Origin: Bradyrhizobium sp.
Lineage (GTDB): Bacteria > Pseudomonadota > Alphaproteobacteria > Rhizobiales > Xanthobacteraceae
Reading direction: 5' to 3'
Assembly: GCF_049581145.1 (NCBI RefSeq)
Contig: NZ_JBAURI010000555.1
Span: 1-50,481, forward strand
DNA length: 50,481 nucleotides
In this document: positions 39,003 to 50,254 of the stretch, in pieces
Position numbering within the stretch: position 1 is the stretch's first letter
How the letters are laid out: every line of letters begins with the position of its first letter
Notes under the pieces: generated by a model
Seen by the model: only the letters and a program-made list of their open reading frames with translations
Told to the model about the DNA's origin: nothing
Databases searched by the model: none
Program-made: the position numbers and the translations under genes

Positions 39003-41722
39003 GCGGCGGTATCCAGCGATTTGACGGCCGCCGGGATCGGCAACCGGATGGTGACCACGGCGCCGCTGCGGTCGGCGCGGTTGGCGGCCGAAATCCGGCC
39101 ATGCATGGCCTCGACGAAGCCGCGCGAGATGGCAAGCCCGAGGCCGGTGCCCGGACGAACATGGTCGGCCTTGTTGGCCCGGTAGAACTTGTCGAAGATG
39201 CTCTCGAGCTCCGCCGGTGGAATGCCTTCGCCTTCGTCGAGGATCTGCAGCCTGACCTGGTTGCCGTCCCGCAAGCTCTGGATCGATATCGTCGTGTCGG
39301 CGGGAGAGTACTTCGCGGCGTTGTCCAGCAGATTGAAGATCACCTGCTCGAACAGCACCGCGTCGAGCTCCAGCATCGGCAAGTCGGCCGCGAGCTCGAG
39401 CGAGACCTTGTGGTTCGCGAGGATCTTGCTCGCCCGCCGCAGCGCGCTGCCGATGATCTCGCCGATGTCGTGCAGCGCCGTGTTGGGCACGATCGCGCCC
39501 GATTCGAGCTTGGTCATGTCGAGCAGATTGGCGATGAAGCGGTTGAGGCGTTCGGATTCGTCGATCACCGTCGCAAGCAGATCGCGCTTCTGCTGCTCGT
39601 CCAGGCCGCTGGCGAGATCGCGCATCGTCGAGGCGGCGCCGAGCACCGAGGCGAGCGGCGTCTTGAGATCGTGGGAGATCGAGGTCAGCAGCGCCGAACG
39701 CAGGCGGTCGGATTCCATGGTGCGCTTGACCCGGTCCATGTCTTCCACCAGCAGCACCCGCTCGATCGCGAGCGCGCCCTGGTCCATCAGCGCGTCCAGG
39801 AGGCGCCGCTGATCCGGCGTCAGCAGCGGGCCGGTGCGGTCGTTGTCGATGCCGATCACCCCGATCGAGCCGCGGCCGGTCCGCATCGGCAGGAACAGCC
39901 GCCTGGCGCCGGGCAGCGTGTCCGACCCGCGGCCCGCGGGATGATCATTGCTCCAGGCCCAGTTCGCGGCGGCGAGATCGGCCTTGTCGAGCTGGTCCTC
40001 CGGCGGATAGCCCGCCTTCACCGTCAGGGCGCCATCCTCGGGCAGCAGCAGCACCACGCGCACTTTCAGCATCAGCGCGGTCTGGTAAGCATAGGCCCAG
40101 AGCACGTCGTCGAGGGTCGCGGTGCCGGCGAGCTTGCGGCTGAAGGCGTAAAGCTGTTCGGTGGTCCTGATCCGGCCGATCGCGGTGTCGGCCTGCGTCC
40201 GCACCCGCGCGGCGACGTTGGAGACCAGCGCCGCGATCAGCATGAAAAAGAAGAAGGCCGCGATATTGGTCGGATCGGTGATCGTGAAGGTATAGATCGG
40301 CGGCAGGAAGAAGAAGTTGTAGCAGAGCGAAGCCGCGACACTCGCCAACAGCGACGGCCACAGGCCGTAGCGCACCGCGACGATCACCACGGCGGTCAGA
40401 AAGACCAGATCCACATTCTCGATGCCGAAATGCGGCTGGATCAGTTCGGCGGCGCCGAGCCCCAGCGCCGCGATCACGAGCGCCATCAGATACGGGCGCG
40501 GATCGAACGGCTCCACGCGCGCGGCCGTCTGCACCGCAGGCTTGCTCGCCGGCTCCGCAGCCAGGTCGTCGCCGGGAATGACGTTGACGCTGATATTGCC
40601 GGCCCGCCGCACCAGATCGTGGACCACCGACCCGCGCAGGATCTCGAACCAGCGCGAGCGCGACGATTTGCCGATGATGATATGGGTGACGTTATTGGCG
40701 TGCGCGAAGCTGATCAGGTCGTCGGCGATGCGCCGCCCGACGCCGGGGATGGTGAGCGCCTCGCCGCCCAAGGCTTCTGCCAGCCGCAGCGTATCGGCAA
40801 GCCGGTCGCGCTGCTCGTCGGTCAGTTGCAGGCTGCGCCGGGTTTCGATCGAGATCGCGGTCCATGGCGCGTGCACGCGGTCGGCCAGCCGCTTGGTATA
40901 GCGTACCAGCCCCGCCGCGCGCGGATCTTCGCTGACGCAGACCAGGATGCGTTCGCCGGCGGCCCAGGGACCGGCGATCGCGTTGGCCTGCATGTGGGTG
41001 AGCAGCTGCTCGTCGACGCGCTCGGCGGTGCGGCGCAGCGCCAGCTCGCGCAGCGCGGTCAAATTGCCCGGCGAGAAATAATGCTCCAGCGCGCGCTCGG
41101 CCTGCCGGGGAACGTAGACCTTGCCCTCCTTCAGCCGCTGGATCAGGTCGTCCGGCGTCAGGTCGATCAGCTCGATCGCATCCGCCCGCTCGAACACCGA
41201 ATCCGGCACGGTCTCGCGCACGCGCACATGCGTGATCTGCGCGACCACGTCGTTGAGGCTTTCGATGTGCTGGATGTTGACGGCGGTGTACACGTCGATG
41301 CCGCGCGACAGCAGTTCCTCGACGTCGAGATAGCGCTTGGGATGCCGGCTGCCGGCGACATTGGTGTGGGCGAGCTCATCGACCAGCGCGATCTTCGGGT
41401 GGCGCGCGATGACCGCGTCGAGATCCATCTCCTCGAGGATCTGGTCCTTGTATTCGAGCCGCTTGCGCGGAACGACTTCCAGGCCCCGCACCAGCGCTTC
41501 GGTTTCGGCCCGGCCGTGGGTCTCGATGAAGCCGATCACGACGTCGACGCCGGCCTTCAGCTTGGCGTGCGCGCTCTGCAGCATCTCGTAGGTCTTGCCG
41601 ACGCCGGGGGCGGCGCCGACAAAGATCTTCAGCCGGCCGACGCCTCCGCCCTCTCGCCTTGCTGCTTCCAACAAGGCTTCCGGCGAAGGACGTTTTTCGG
41701 GATCGCGGCGCGGCTGGACCAT
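38999..41722 (-). CDS. kdpD: Sensor histidine kinase KdpD
   Basis: GAAPGVGKTY, ETHGR, VDELAH, NIQHIESLND, Usp domain, four TM segments, GAF, SHDLKTPL, NLLDNAAKY, GTGLGL. Confidence 0.96.
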   Translation of the reverse strand: MVQPRRDPEKRPSPEALLEAARREGGGVGRLKIFVGAAPGVGKTYEMLQSAHAKLKAGVDVVIGFIETHGRAETEALVRGLEVVPRKRLEYKDQILEEMDLDAVIARHPKIALVDELAHTNVAGSRHPKRYLDVEELLSRGIDVYTAVNIQHIESLNDVVAQITHVRVRETVPDSVFERADAIELIDLTPDDLIQRLKEGKVYVPRQAERALEHYFSPGNLTALRELALRRTAERVDEQLLTHMQANAIAGPWAAGERILVCVSEDPRAAGLVRYTKRLADRVHAPWTAISIETRRSLQLTDEQRDRLADTLRLAEALGGEALTIPGVGRRIADDLISFAHANNVTHIIIGKSSRSRWFEILRGSVVHDLVRRAGNISVNVIPGDDLAAEPASKPAVQTAARVEPFDPRPYLMALVIAALGLGAAELIQPHFGIENVDLVFLTAVVIVAVRYGLWPSLLASVAASLCYNFFFLPPIYTFTITDPTNIAAFFFFMLIAALVSNVAARVRTQADTAIGRIRTTEQLYAFSRKLAGTATLDDVLWAYAYQTALMLKVRVVLLLPEDGALTVKAGYPPEDQLDKADLAAANWAWSNDHPAGRGSDTLPGARRLFLPMRTGRGSIGVIGIDNDRTGPLLTPDQRRLLDALMDQGALAIERVLLVEDMDRVKRTMESDRLRSALLTSISHDLKTPLASVLGAASTMRDLASGLDEQQKRDLLATVIDESERLNRFIANLLDMTKLESGAIVPNTALHDIGEIIGSALRRASKILANHKVSLELAADLPMLELDAVLFEQVIFNLLDNAAKYSPADTTISIQSLRDGNQVRLQILDEGEGIPPAELESIFDKFYRANKADHVRPGTGLGLAISRGFVEAMHGRISAANRADRSGAVVTIRLPIPAAVKSLDTAA

Positions 41723-41767
41723 GGCTCTTTACATTATAGTCCGCGCCGCGCATTCGGCATAGTCGTG

Positions 41768-42373
41768 CTATTTCGCAGTGGTGCCATCGAGCGCCAGATT
41801 GAGCGCCAGCACATTGACCCGCGGCTCGCCGAACAATCCGATCAGACGGCTCTGGGTGTTCTGCGCGACCAGCTCACGGACCTTGTCTTCCGGCAGATTG
41901 CGCGCTTTCGCCACGCGCGGCACCTGGAACAGCGCGCCTTCCGGCGAGATGTCCGGATCCAGACCGCTGGCCGAGGTGGTGACGAGATCGATCGGCACGG
42001 CGCTCGCCGGATTTTCAGCCTTCAGTCGGTCCACGTCGCCCTTGACCCGGTCGTTCAGCGCCTTGCTGGTCGGGCCGAGATTGGAGCCGGAGGAATTGGC
42101 CGCGTTGTAGGGTGCCGGGACGGTCTTGGTCGCATCGGCCGGATCCGGCGCGGTGGTCGCCGACGGCCGTCCCTGGAAGTACTTGTCGTCCTTGAATTCC
42201 TGCCCGATCAAGGCCGATCCGACGACCTTGCCGTCGCGCTCGATCAGGCTTCCTTCCGCCTGTTTCGGAAAGATCACGCCGGCGATCGCGGTCATGGCGA
42301 GCGGATAGGCTAGCCCCGTGATCAGCGTGAGCATCAGGAGGACGAGAATGGCAGGACGGATTTCGCGTAGCAT
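41768..42373 (-). CDS. kdpC: K+-transporting ATPase subunit C
   Basis: [48 protein letters not shown]. Confidence 0.95.
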   Translation of the reverse strand: MLREIRPAILVLLMLTLITGLAYPLAMTAIAGVIFPKQAEGSLIERDGKVVGSALIGQEFKDDKYFQGRPSATTAPDPADATKTVPAPYNAANSSGSNLGPTSKALNDRVKGDVDRLKAENPASAVPIDLVTTSASGLDPDISPEGALFQVPRVAKARNLPEDKVRELVAQNTQSRLIGLFGEPRVNVLALNLALDGTTAK

Positions 42374-42394
42374 TTTGGTGTCTCCTATAAGATC

Positions 42395-42468
42395 GTCATT
42401 GCGAGCGAAGCGAAGCAGTTTGCGGAACTACAAGAAGAACGGATGGCTTGGTCGCTCCTCGCGATGAC
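42395..42468. repeat. Degenerate REP/RIME-like palindromic element between kdpB and kdpC
   Basis: GTCATTGCGAG (42395-42405) / CTCGCGATGAC (42458-42468), one G-U pair, with internal CGAAGCGAAGCA...TGGCTTGGTCG. Confidence 0.6.
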
Positions 42469-42472
42469 CCGT

Positions 42473-44581
<2,109 letters not shown>

Positions 44582-44605
44582 GGGAATAGCTCCGAATTGA
44601 TTCGA

Positions 44606-46309
44606 TCAGAACAGGGCGCCAGAGGTCATCGCGAGATGCTCGACGATCGGCCCGAGCGCCAGCGCCGGGAAGAAAGTCAAGCCGCCGATGATCAGGATCA
44701 CGCCCACGACGAGGCCGACGAACAGTCCACCAGTGGTCGGTAACGTGCCGGCCGAGGCCGGAACGGACTTCTTGCCGGCGAGCGAGCCCGCCATCGCCAT
44801 CGCCGGCACGATCATGAAGAAGCGGCCGACGAACATCGCGCTTGCAAGCGTCAGGTTGTAGAAGAACGTATTGCCGCTGAGGCCCGCAAAGGCCGAGCCG
44901 TTGTTGCCGGTCGACGAGGTGTAGGCGTACAGCACCTCAGTGAAGCCATGCGGGCCGGCATTGGCCATCGAGGCCACCGCCGACGGCAGCACCACCGCGA
45001 CCGCGGTCCAGCCGAGATACATCAACGGCAGCACCAGAATGGCGAGCATCGCCATCTTGACCTCGCGCGCCTCGATCTTCTTGCCGACATATTCCGGCGT
45101 ACGGCCGACCATCAGTCCGGCGACGAAGATCGCGAGCACGACGAACAGCAGCATGCCGTAGAGGCCGGCACCGACGCCGCCGACGATGATTTCACCGAGC
45201 TGCATGTTGATCAGCGGAATCATGCCGCCGAGCGCGGTGAAGCTGTCATGCATGGCGTTGACCGCGCCGCAGGAGGCCGCCGTCGTGATCACGGCAAACA
45301 GCGAGGAGGCGATGATGCCGAAGCGGACTTCCTTGCCTTCCATGTTGCCGCCGGTGAGCCCCATCGCGTTGAGCGCGGTGGTGCCATTGGCCTCGGCCCA
45401 ATAGGCCACCGTGACGCCGGCGATGAACAGCACGCCCATCACGCCGAGGATCGCCCAGCCCTGACGCTGGTTGCCGACCATGCGGCCGAACACGTTGGTG
45501 AGCGCGGCGCCGAGCGCGAAGATCGAGATCATCTGCACGAAGTTCGACAGCGCCGTCGGGTTCTCGAACGGATGCGCGGCATTGGCATTGAAGAAGCCGC
45601 CGCCATTGGTTCCCAGCATCTTGATCGCGACCTGGGACGCGACCGGACCGACCGCGATGGTCTGCTTGGCCCCTTCCAGCGTCGTCGCATCGACATAGGC
45701 GCCGAGCGTCTGCGGAATGCCCTGCCAGACCAGGAACAGCGTGTAGACGATGCAGATCGGCAGCAGCACATAGAGCGTGCATCTGACAACGTCGACCCAG
45801 AAATTGCCAACCGTGCGCATCGAGGCACGCGCGAAGCCGCGGATCAGCGCGACCGCGAGCACGATGCCGGTCGCGGCCGACAGGAAGTTCTGATGGGTCA
45901 GGCCCAGCATCTGCACCAGATAGGACAGTGTGCTTTCGCCGCCGTAGTTCTGCCAGTTGGTATTGGTGATGAAGGAAATCGCCGTGTTGAAGGAGAGATC
46001 CTCGGCGACGGCGGTTTGCCCGGCCGGATTGAACGGCAGCAGCGCCTGCAGCCGCATCACGGCATAGATGATCAGGAAGCCGCCGACATGGAACAGCAGC
46101 ATCGAGACCGTATAGGTCAGCCAATGTTGCTCGCGCTTTTCGTCGACGCCGCCGATCCAATAGATGCCGGCCTCGACGGGGCGCAGGATCGGCGACAGCA
46201 ACGTGCCCTCGCCGTTGAAGACGCGCGTCATGTACCAGCCGAGCGGCTTCACCAGCGCGACCACGATCGCGCAATACAGAATGATTTGAATCCAACCAAT
46301 CACGGTCAT
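44606..46309 (-). CDS. kdpA: K+-transporting ATPase subunit A
   Basis: [45 protein letters not shown]. Confidence 0.97.
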   Translation of the reverse strand: MTVIGWIQIILYCAIVVALVKPLGWYMTRVFNGEGTLLSPILRPVEAGIYWIGGVDEKREQHWLTYTVSMLLFHVGGFLIIYAVMRLQALLPFNPAGQTAVAEDLSFNTAISFITNTNWQNYGGESTLSYLVQMLGLTHQNFLSAATGIVLAVALIRGFARASMRTVGNFWVDVVRCTLYVLLPICIVYTLFLVWQGIPQTLGAYVDATTLEGAKQTIAVGPVASQVAIKMLGTNGGGFFNANAAHPFENPTALSNFVQMISIFALGAALTNVFGRMVGNQRQGWAILGVMGVLFIAGVTVAYWAEANGTTALNAMGLTGGNMEGKEVRFGIIASSLFAVITTAASCGAVNAMHDSFTALGGMIPLINMQLGEIIVGGVGAGLYGMLLFVVLAIFVAGLMVGRTPEYVGKKIEAREVKMAMLAILVLPLMYLGWTAVAVVLPSAVASMANAGPHGFTEVLYAYTSSTGNNGSAFAGLSGNTFFYNLTLASAMFVGRFFMIVPAMAMAGSLAGKKSVPASAGTLPTTGGLFVGLVVGVILIIGGLTFFPALALGPIVEHLAMTSGALF

Positions 46310-46352
46310 GGGAGTTGCCTTTGAGGGTGCGCGGAACTGGGTGCGGGAGCGA

Positions 46353-46442
46353 TCAGAACCGCTCGGGCCGCAGCAGGGCGTAAGTCAGGTAGACGAGAAG
46401 GCCGAGCGAAACGAGGCCGGCGAGGGAATAATCGAAGATCAT
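46353..46442 (-). CDS. kdpF: K+-transporting ATPase subunit F (29 aa)
   Basis: [38 protein letters not shown], directly upstream of kdpA. Confidence 0.9.
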   Translation of the reverse strand: MIFDYSLAGLVSLGLLVYLTYALLRPERF

Positions 46443-46453
46443 CGTTATTCTCC

Positions 46454-46537
46454 TCACAGCCGCTCGCAGGCATAAGTGTAGCCGATCGCAAGAGCGAACA
46501 GGCCGAAACCGAGGGCCAGCATCAGTATGTCCAGCAT
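46454..46537 (-). CDS. 27-aa hydrophobic peptide upstream of kdpF (not in the ORF track)
   Basis: MLDILMLALGFGLFALAIGYTYACERL*, RBS AAAGGAG; its TGA overlaps the kdpF RBS. Confidence 0.75.
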   Translation of the reverse strand: MLDILMLALGFGLFALAIGYTYACERL

Positions 46538-46666
46538 GGGAAGCTCCTTTGCGCGTGCAGGCGCAAGCATTGCTTGTCAGGATGAGGGCGAATTGCGATG
46601 AATCAATCGCGGGTAGATTTGTTTCGGGCCCGCCCTCGATCTGTGGTCGTGAGTTGCCATTCGACG

Positions 46667-46716
46667 CATAGGTTTTCGAGACGGCGGCAGCGGCAAAGTT
46701 ATAGGAATCCCATAAA
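46667..46716 (-). promoter_or_regulatory. Putative KdpE operator/promoter, copy 1 (kdp operon)
   Basis: TTTATG-ggatt-CCTATA-N19-CTCGA-aaa-CCTATG on the minus strand. Confidence 0.7.
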
Positions 46717-46890
46717 GACGCGCTCGTCGCGCTGGCTGGCCCAGGGCGAGCCGGGCAACAAAAACCATCGATTTGAGAGGTGGTTGAAATCCTTCCCAGA
46801 CGGCGCGAGCGCGAAATCGCAGAGGAGACATGGATTGCGGCTGCTCGCCGCAAAAACGACCTGGAAGGTGCCGTGGCGCGACCGGCGGCG

Positions 46891-46940
46891 CTTATGACGC
46901 GCTTATATTTCGTGGCCGGACCTCATCTCGTTTTTAAATG
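46891..46940 (+). promoter_or_regulatory. Putative KdpE operator/promoter, copy 2
   Basis: CTTATG-acgcg-CTTATA-N19-CTCGT-ttt-TAAATG upstream of ORF 47018. Confidence 0.65.
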
Positions 46941-47017
46941 GCGTTCCGGTCATCTTGGCGGCGACAAGCCGCCGGTCCCTGCCGCGGCCGATTGACGATA
47001 CGACATGAGGTGACGCC

Positions 47018-47485
47018 ATGTTCGCTCTCTTGAAACATGCCGAGCCCGCCGACCTCGGCGACCTGCTGCGTGACGCCCGCGTCACGACGATGGACCTCGT
47101 TCGCGCGGTGATCGGCCAAGCCTGCCAGCGTTTTCGTTCGATCGGACAATGCGTCAGGACCGCGCGGATCGAACGCCTGATCGGCGCGAACGCCTGGACA
47201 GAGGTGGCGCTGGCGCTGATCGACCTGGAACTGCCGCAATGGCAGGTGCGGCGCATCGCCTATGATGGTGGCGAATGGCATTGCGCGCTATCGCGCGAAC
47301 GCGAGCTGCCCGACTGGCTCGATCGATCGGTCGAAGCCCGGCATGCCGATTTGGCGCTGGCGATCCTTGCCGCCTTCGTCGCAGCGCAGGCGCTGGTGGC
47401 GCCCTCGGGCCGGCCGAGCGTACCGGCCGTACCGCAGCAGGCGAATCCGCTCTATGTCCCGGTCTGCTGCGACAATTTCGCCTGA
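47018..47485 (+). CDS. Hypothetical protein (155 aa, C-terminal CCDNFA)
   Basis: ATG after GAGGTG; host-like codon usage; downstream of operator copy 2. Confidence 0.7.
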   Translation: MFALLKHAEPADLGDLLRDARVTTMDLVRAVIGQACQRFRSIGQCVRTARIERLIGANAWTEVALALIDLELPQWQVRRIAYDGGEWHCALSRERELPDWLDRSVEARHADLALAILAAFVAAQALVAPSGRPSVPAVPQQANPLYVPVCCDNFA

Positions 47486-47514
47486 GACCGCCGCCGACTT
47501 CGGGAGGCTCGATC

Positions 47515-47799
47515 GTGGAGCAATATACCGATCTGCCGCGACAATTGCGGACGAACCAGGTGCTCATCCGCTTTGGGTTGCGCATCATCATCCTGCTCGC
47601 GTTCGCAGCCTGCGGCAGCATGGGTTTCGGCAGGAGCCTTGCGGCGCTGCTGTCGATGACCATCATCCTCTGCACCGCCGTTGGCACGATCAGGCGCGAG
47701 GCGCCTTTTGACGTCAGCCTCAACCACTGGGATGAAGTGGCGGCCTATACGGCCTTGTTCTGCCTGGTCAACGGATTGAGCCCGTCGGCGCCCGCCTGA
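47515..47799 (+). CDS. Hypothetical small membrane protein (94 aa, ~3 TM)
   Basis: GTG 47515 after GGGAGG; hydrophobic segments and LNHWDE motif. Confidence 0.65.
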   Translation: MEQYTDLPRQLRTNQVLIRFGLRIIILLAFAACGSMGFGRSLAALLSMTIILCTAVGTIRREAPFDVSLNHWDEVAAYTALFCLVNGLSPSAPA

Positions 47800-47813
47800 A
47801 ACAAGTTCGCAAC

Positions 47814-47863
47814 CTTATGCGGCTCCTATGAGATCGGCATCGGCTCGCCCTCGAATTCCTACC
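47814..47863 (+). promoter_or_regulatory. Putative KdpE operator/promoter, copy 3
   Basis: CTTATG-cggct-CCTATG-N19-CTCGA-att-CCTACC upstream of the 48005-49683 unit. Confidence 0.68.
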
Positions 47864-48004
47864 CGACCCGCAAGATATTGCGTGCATGAGTGAAGCAGTC
47901 CCCGCCGACGACGATAACCTCGACATCGCAAAATCGAAGGGTGCTGCGACGGAGCGTCGATGGCTTCGCGGTCTGCTGCTCGATCATTGGAAGGACCCGC
48001 TCTC

Positions 48005-48262
48005 GTGAAGCTCGTCGAACCTCCCTCGTGCAGCTCCGCTGCATCCACCGTTGTCTTTATCGGCCGCGACAGTCGCGGCAACTGGGTCGCCCAGGAACAG
48101 AACGGCTTCTACGGCGGCCTGTTCGTCAACCGGGCGCAAGCAATCAAATACGCACTGTTCGAGAACGGCCACCATCCCGAAACCATCGTCGAGCTGCCGC
48201 GCGAAATCGAGCTTGACATGAACGGCAATCAACTGCTCTCCGGCAAACGGCGCGCCGCGTAG
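48005..48262 (+). CDS. Hypothetical protein (85 aa)
   Basis: GTG 48005 after GGAAGGA; FIGRDSRGNWVAQEQNG.YGGLF.NRAQAIKYALFE; host-like codons. Confidence 0.7.
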   Translation: MKLVEPPSCSSAASTVVFIGRDSRGNWVAQEQNGFYGGLFVNRAQAIKYALFENGHHPETIVELPREIELDMNGNQLLSGKRRAA

Positions 48263-48294
48263 CGCGCCTGTTCGCTCACACGAGGATCTCCAAA

Positions 48295-48738
48295 ATGGTT
48301 CAGTCTTGTTCCGCTGCGGACCGCGCGCAAGTTCTCGACACCATGATTGCACTGACGCGGCTGTCCAATTCGCTGCGCGTCATCCTCGCTGGCAAGGAGA
48401 GCATGGAGCACTGCCTGGCGCTGCGGCAGCGCGGATTCGTCCGCGTCTCCACGCCCGCGACCTGCCGTCTGGCGAGGGGGCAGCACGCGGTCGGCCTCAT
48501 CACCGGTCAAAACTCGCTGTGGGATATCGAGGCCAGTCTGGACCAGATCGCGCGGTTCCTCGCCGCCAACGCCGCGCTCGCCGTCCTGATCGATTCACGT
48601 GAAAGCGGCCTCGGCCTCAAGGTCCGCGCCAGGCTGGAGCGGCTCGGATTCCGGATCGAGGCCGGTGTCAGGTGCCAGCGCGGTTTTGTGCTGTCCGCCT
48701 ATCGGCAGGGTTTCAGTCAGATGTCCAACGCGGCGTGA
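48295..48738 (+). CDS. Hypothetical protein (147 aa), possibly a degenerate Rossmann/methyltransferase-like fold
   Basis: ATG after GAGGA; 6-bp gap to the DapA-like gene. Confidence 0.65.
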   Translation: MVQSCSAADRAQVLDTMIALTRLSNSLRVILAGKESMEHCLALRQRGFVRVSTPATCRLARGQHAVGLITGQNSLWDIEASLDQIARFLAANAALAVLIDSRESGLGLKVRARLERLGFRIEAGVRCQRGFVLSAYRQGFSQMSNAA

Positions 48739-48744
48739 CAAGTC

Positions 48745-49683
48745 ATGAAAAGCTTGGCTGATCCGGCGCCGCCTGCTCCCGCGAGCTGGCTTGCCGGCTA
48801 TATCCCCGATATTCCCACGCCGTTCGACGACAGCGGTGCGGTCGACCTCCGCGTCTTCGCCGGGCTGTGCGAGCGGCAGATCACGGCCGGCGTTCCTGCG
48901 ATCGTGGTTTGTGAAACGGCGGGCGAAGCTTCCACACTCACACCGTCCGAGCGGGAGACGATCATCGGCGCCGCGGTCGAGACCGCGCAAGGCCGCGCGC
49001 GCGTGATCGCCGGGGCGGGCTCGAACGCGACCAGCCGGGCGATCGAATTGACCAGACAGGCGGCAGCCCTGGGCGCGGACGCAGTCCTCTCGGTCGTGCC
49101 CTACTACAACAAGCCGATGCAAACCGGCATCGAGGCACACTTCCGCGCCATCGCCGATTCGACCACGCTCCCAATCATCCTGCACGACATTCCCTCGCGC
49201 ACCATCCGCGAACTCGCCGACGATACCATCGTGCGGCTGGCGGGATCACGACGGTTTGCCGGCTTGAGGGACGGTACCGGCGACGTCGCGCGCCTGCTCC
49301 GCCTGAGGCCTCGCCTGCCGACCAGGTTCCGGCTGTTGTCCGGCGACGATGCGACGGCGCTCGCCTTTCTGGCCTGCGGCGGCGACGGCGCGATCTCAAC
49401 GATTGCCAATGTCGCGCCGGATCTCTGCCGGGTGATCTTTTCAAGCGGCCGGCAGGGTCGCTGGCAATGCGCGCGATACCTGCAAAAGCGGCTGGTGCCT
49501 TTGACAACCTGTCTCGCCAGGGAAAACCCGGCCGCGCTGAAATATGCGCTGAGCCTGCTCGGCATGATCCGCGCCGATACCCGCCTGCCCCTGGCGCAGC
49601 TCGATGACGCCGCCAAGGCGGACGTCGAGCGCGCGATGGCCTTTATCGCGGATGAAGCTCTGGTCGATGCCGTTGAAGCCTGA
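48745..49683 (+). CDS. DapA/DHDPS-family aldolase-fold protein with substituted catalytic residues
   Basis: TPF, IAGAGSNAT, GADAVL.V.PYYNKP, PSRT, LLSGDD retained; GTTGE became ETAGE, YN became HD, catalytic K became R. Confidence 0.85.
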   Translation: MKSLADPAPPAPASWLAGYIPDIPTPFDDSGAVDLRVFAGLCERQITAGVPAIVVCETAGEASTLTPSERETIIGAAVETAQGRARVIAGAGSNATSRAIELTRQAAALGADAVLSVVPYYNKPMQTGIEAHFRAIADSTTLPIILHDIPSRTIRELADDTIVRLAGSRRFAGLRDGTGDVARLLRLRPRLPTRFRLLSGDDATALAFLACGGDGAISTIANVAPDLCRVIFSSGRQGRWQCARYLQKRLVPLTTCLARENPAALKYALSLLGMIRADTRLPLAQLDDAAKADVERAMAFIADEALVDAVEA

Positions 49684-49701
49684 CGCCCCAATAGGCGTCA
49701 G
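49680..49701. terminator. Hairpin between convergent genes
   Basis: CTGACGCC-ccaata-GGCGTCAG contains both stop codons; no U-tract. Confidence 0.4.
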
Positions 49702-49952
49702 AAGTCCCACTTGTCGCCGAGCACGAGCGGCCGCTGCGGAAAATTCGAGGCATCATGATCGGAAGACTGCTCCTCGCCATAGCGTGCGCGAAGCATGAAC
49801 TCCTCCTCGAACCGTCGCAGCCGGGCGGTCACGATCGCCTGGTGTATCATCCCGACTGCGGTCCAGAGTCGCCGTAGCGTGCGCCTCAACGTCAGGCGGC
49901 GTTCGCCGGGAAGGCCAGGCCGGCGATCGTCGGAAAAGTGCAGGACAGACAT
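49698..49952 (-). CDS. Hypothetical protein (84 aa, ends PQRPLVLGDKWDF)
   Basis: ATG 49952 lies ~60 bp downstream of operator copy 4. Confidence 0.6.
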   Translation of the reverse strand: MSVLHFSDDRRPGLPGERRLTLRRTLRRLWTAVGMIHQAIVTARLRRFEEEFMLRARYGEEQSSDHDASNFPQRPLVLGDKWDF

Positions 49953-50013
49953 CGTTCGTGTTCCAGGGGCCGGCAGGAGTTGCGCCGGGACCCTTGCAAG
50001 ATCAATAAAAAGA

Positions 50014-50063
50014 CATAAGAAATCGAGAAGGGCGGCCGATCCGTTTCATAAAGACGGCATAAG
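50014..50063 (-). promoter_or_regulatory. Putative KdpE operator/promoter, copy 4
   Basis: CTTATG-ccgtc-TTTATG-N19-CTCGA-ttt-CTTATG on the minus strand. Confidence 0.7.
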
Positions 50064-50254
50064 AGCGTAACTTCGGAGTGTTACCGGTCAATTGGTGCGC
50101 GGGGCCGGCTAACGGACCGGCGACGATTTCCGCGGCAGCGCACGGCTATTCCGGTCAAGCCTTTGGTTTGACTTGACGTCCCGTCGCGACTGCAACTTAT
50201 ATGCGCGCGTTGCCGTCACGGAAATCAACAACCAGCCCAGTGGCGGACCCGAAC

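Noticed and set aside
38993..42313. 1106-aa plus-strand ORF, and similar long ORFs at 30759-33716, 22113-24566, 42443-44743, 4609-6321, 1612-3198 and 27096-28850
   Set aside because: They are antisense shadows of well-supported genes; high GC3 suppresses stop codons on the opposite strand, and they show no recognisable motifs.
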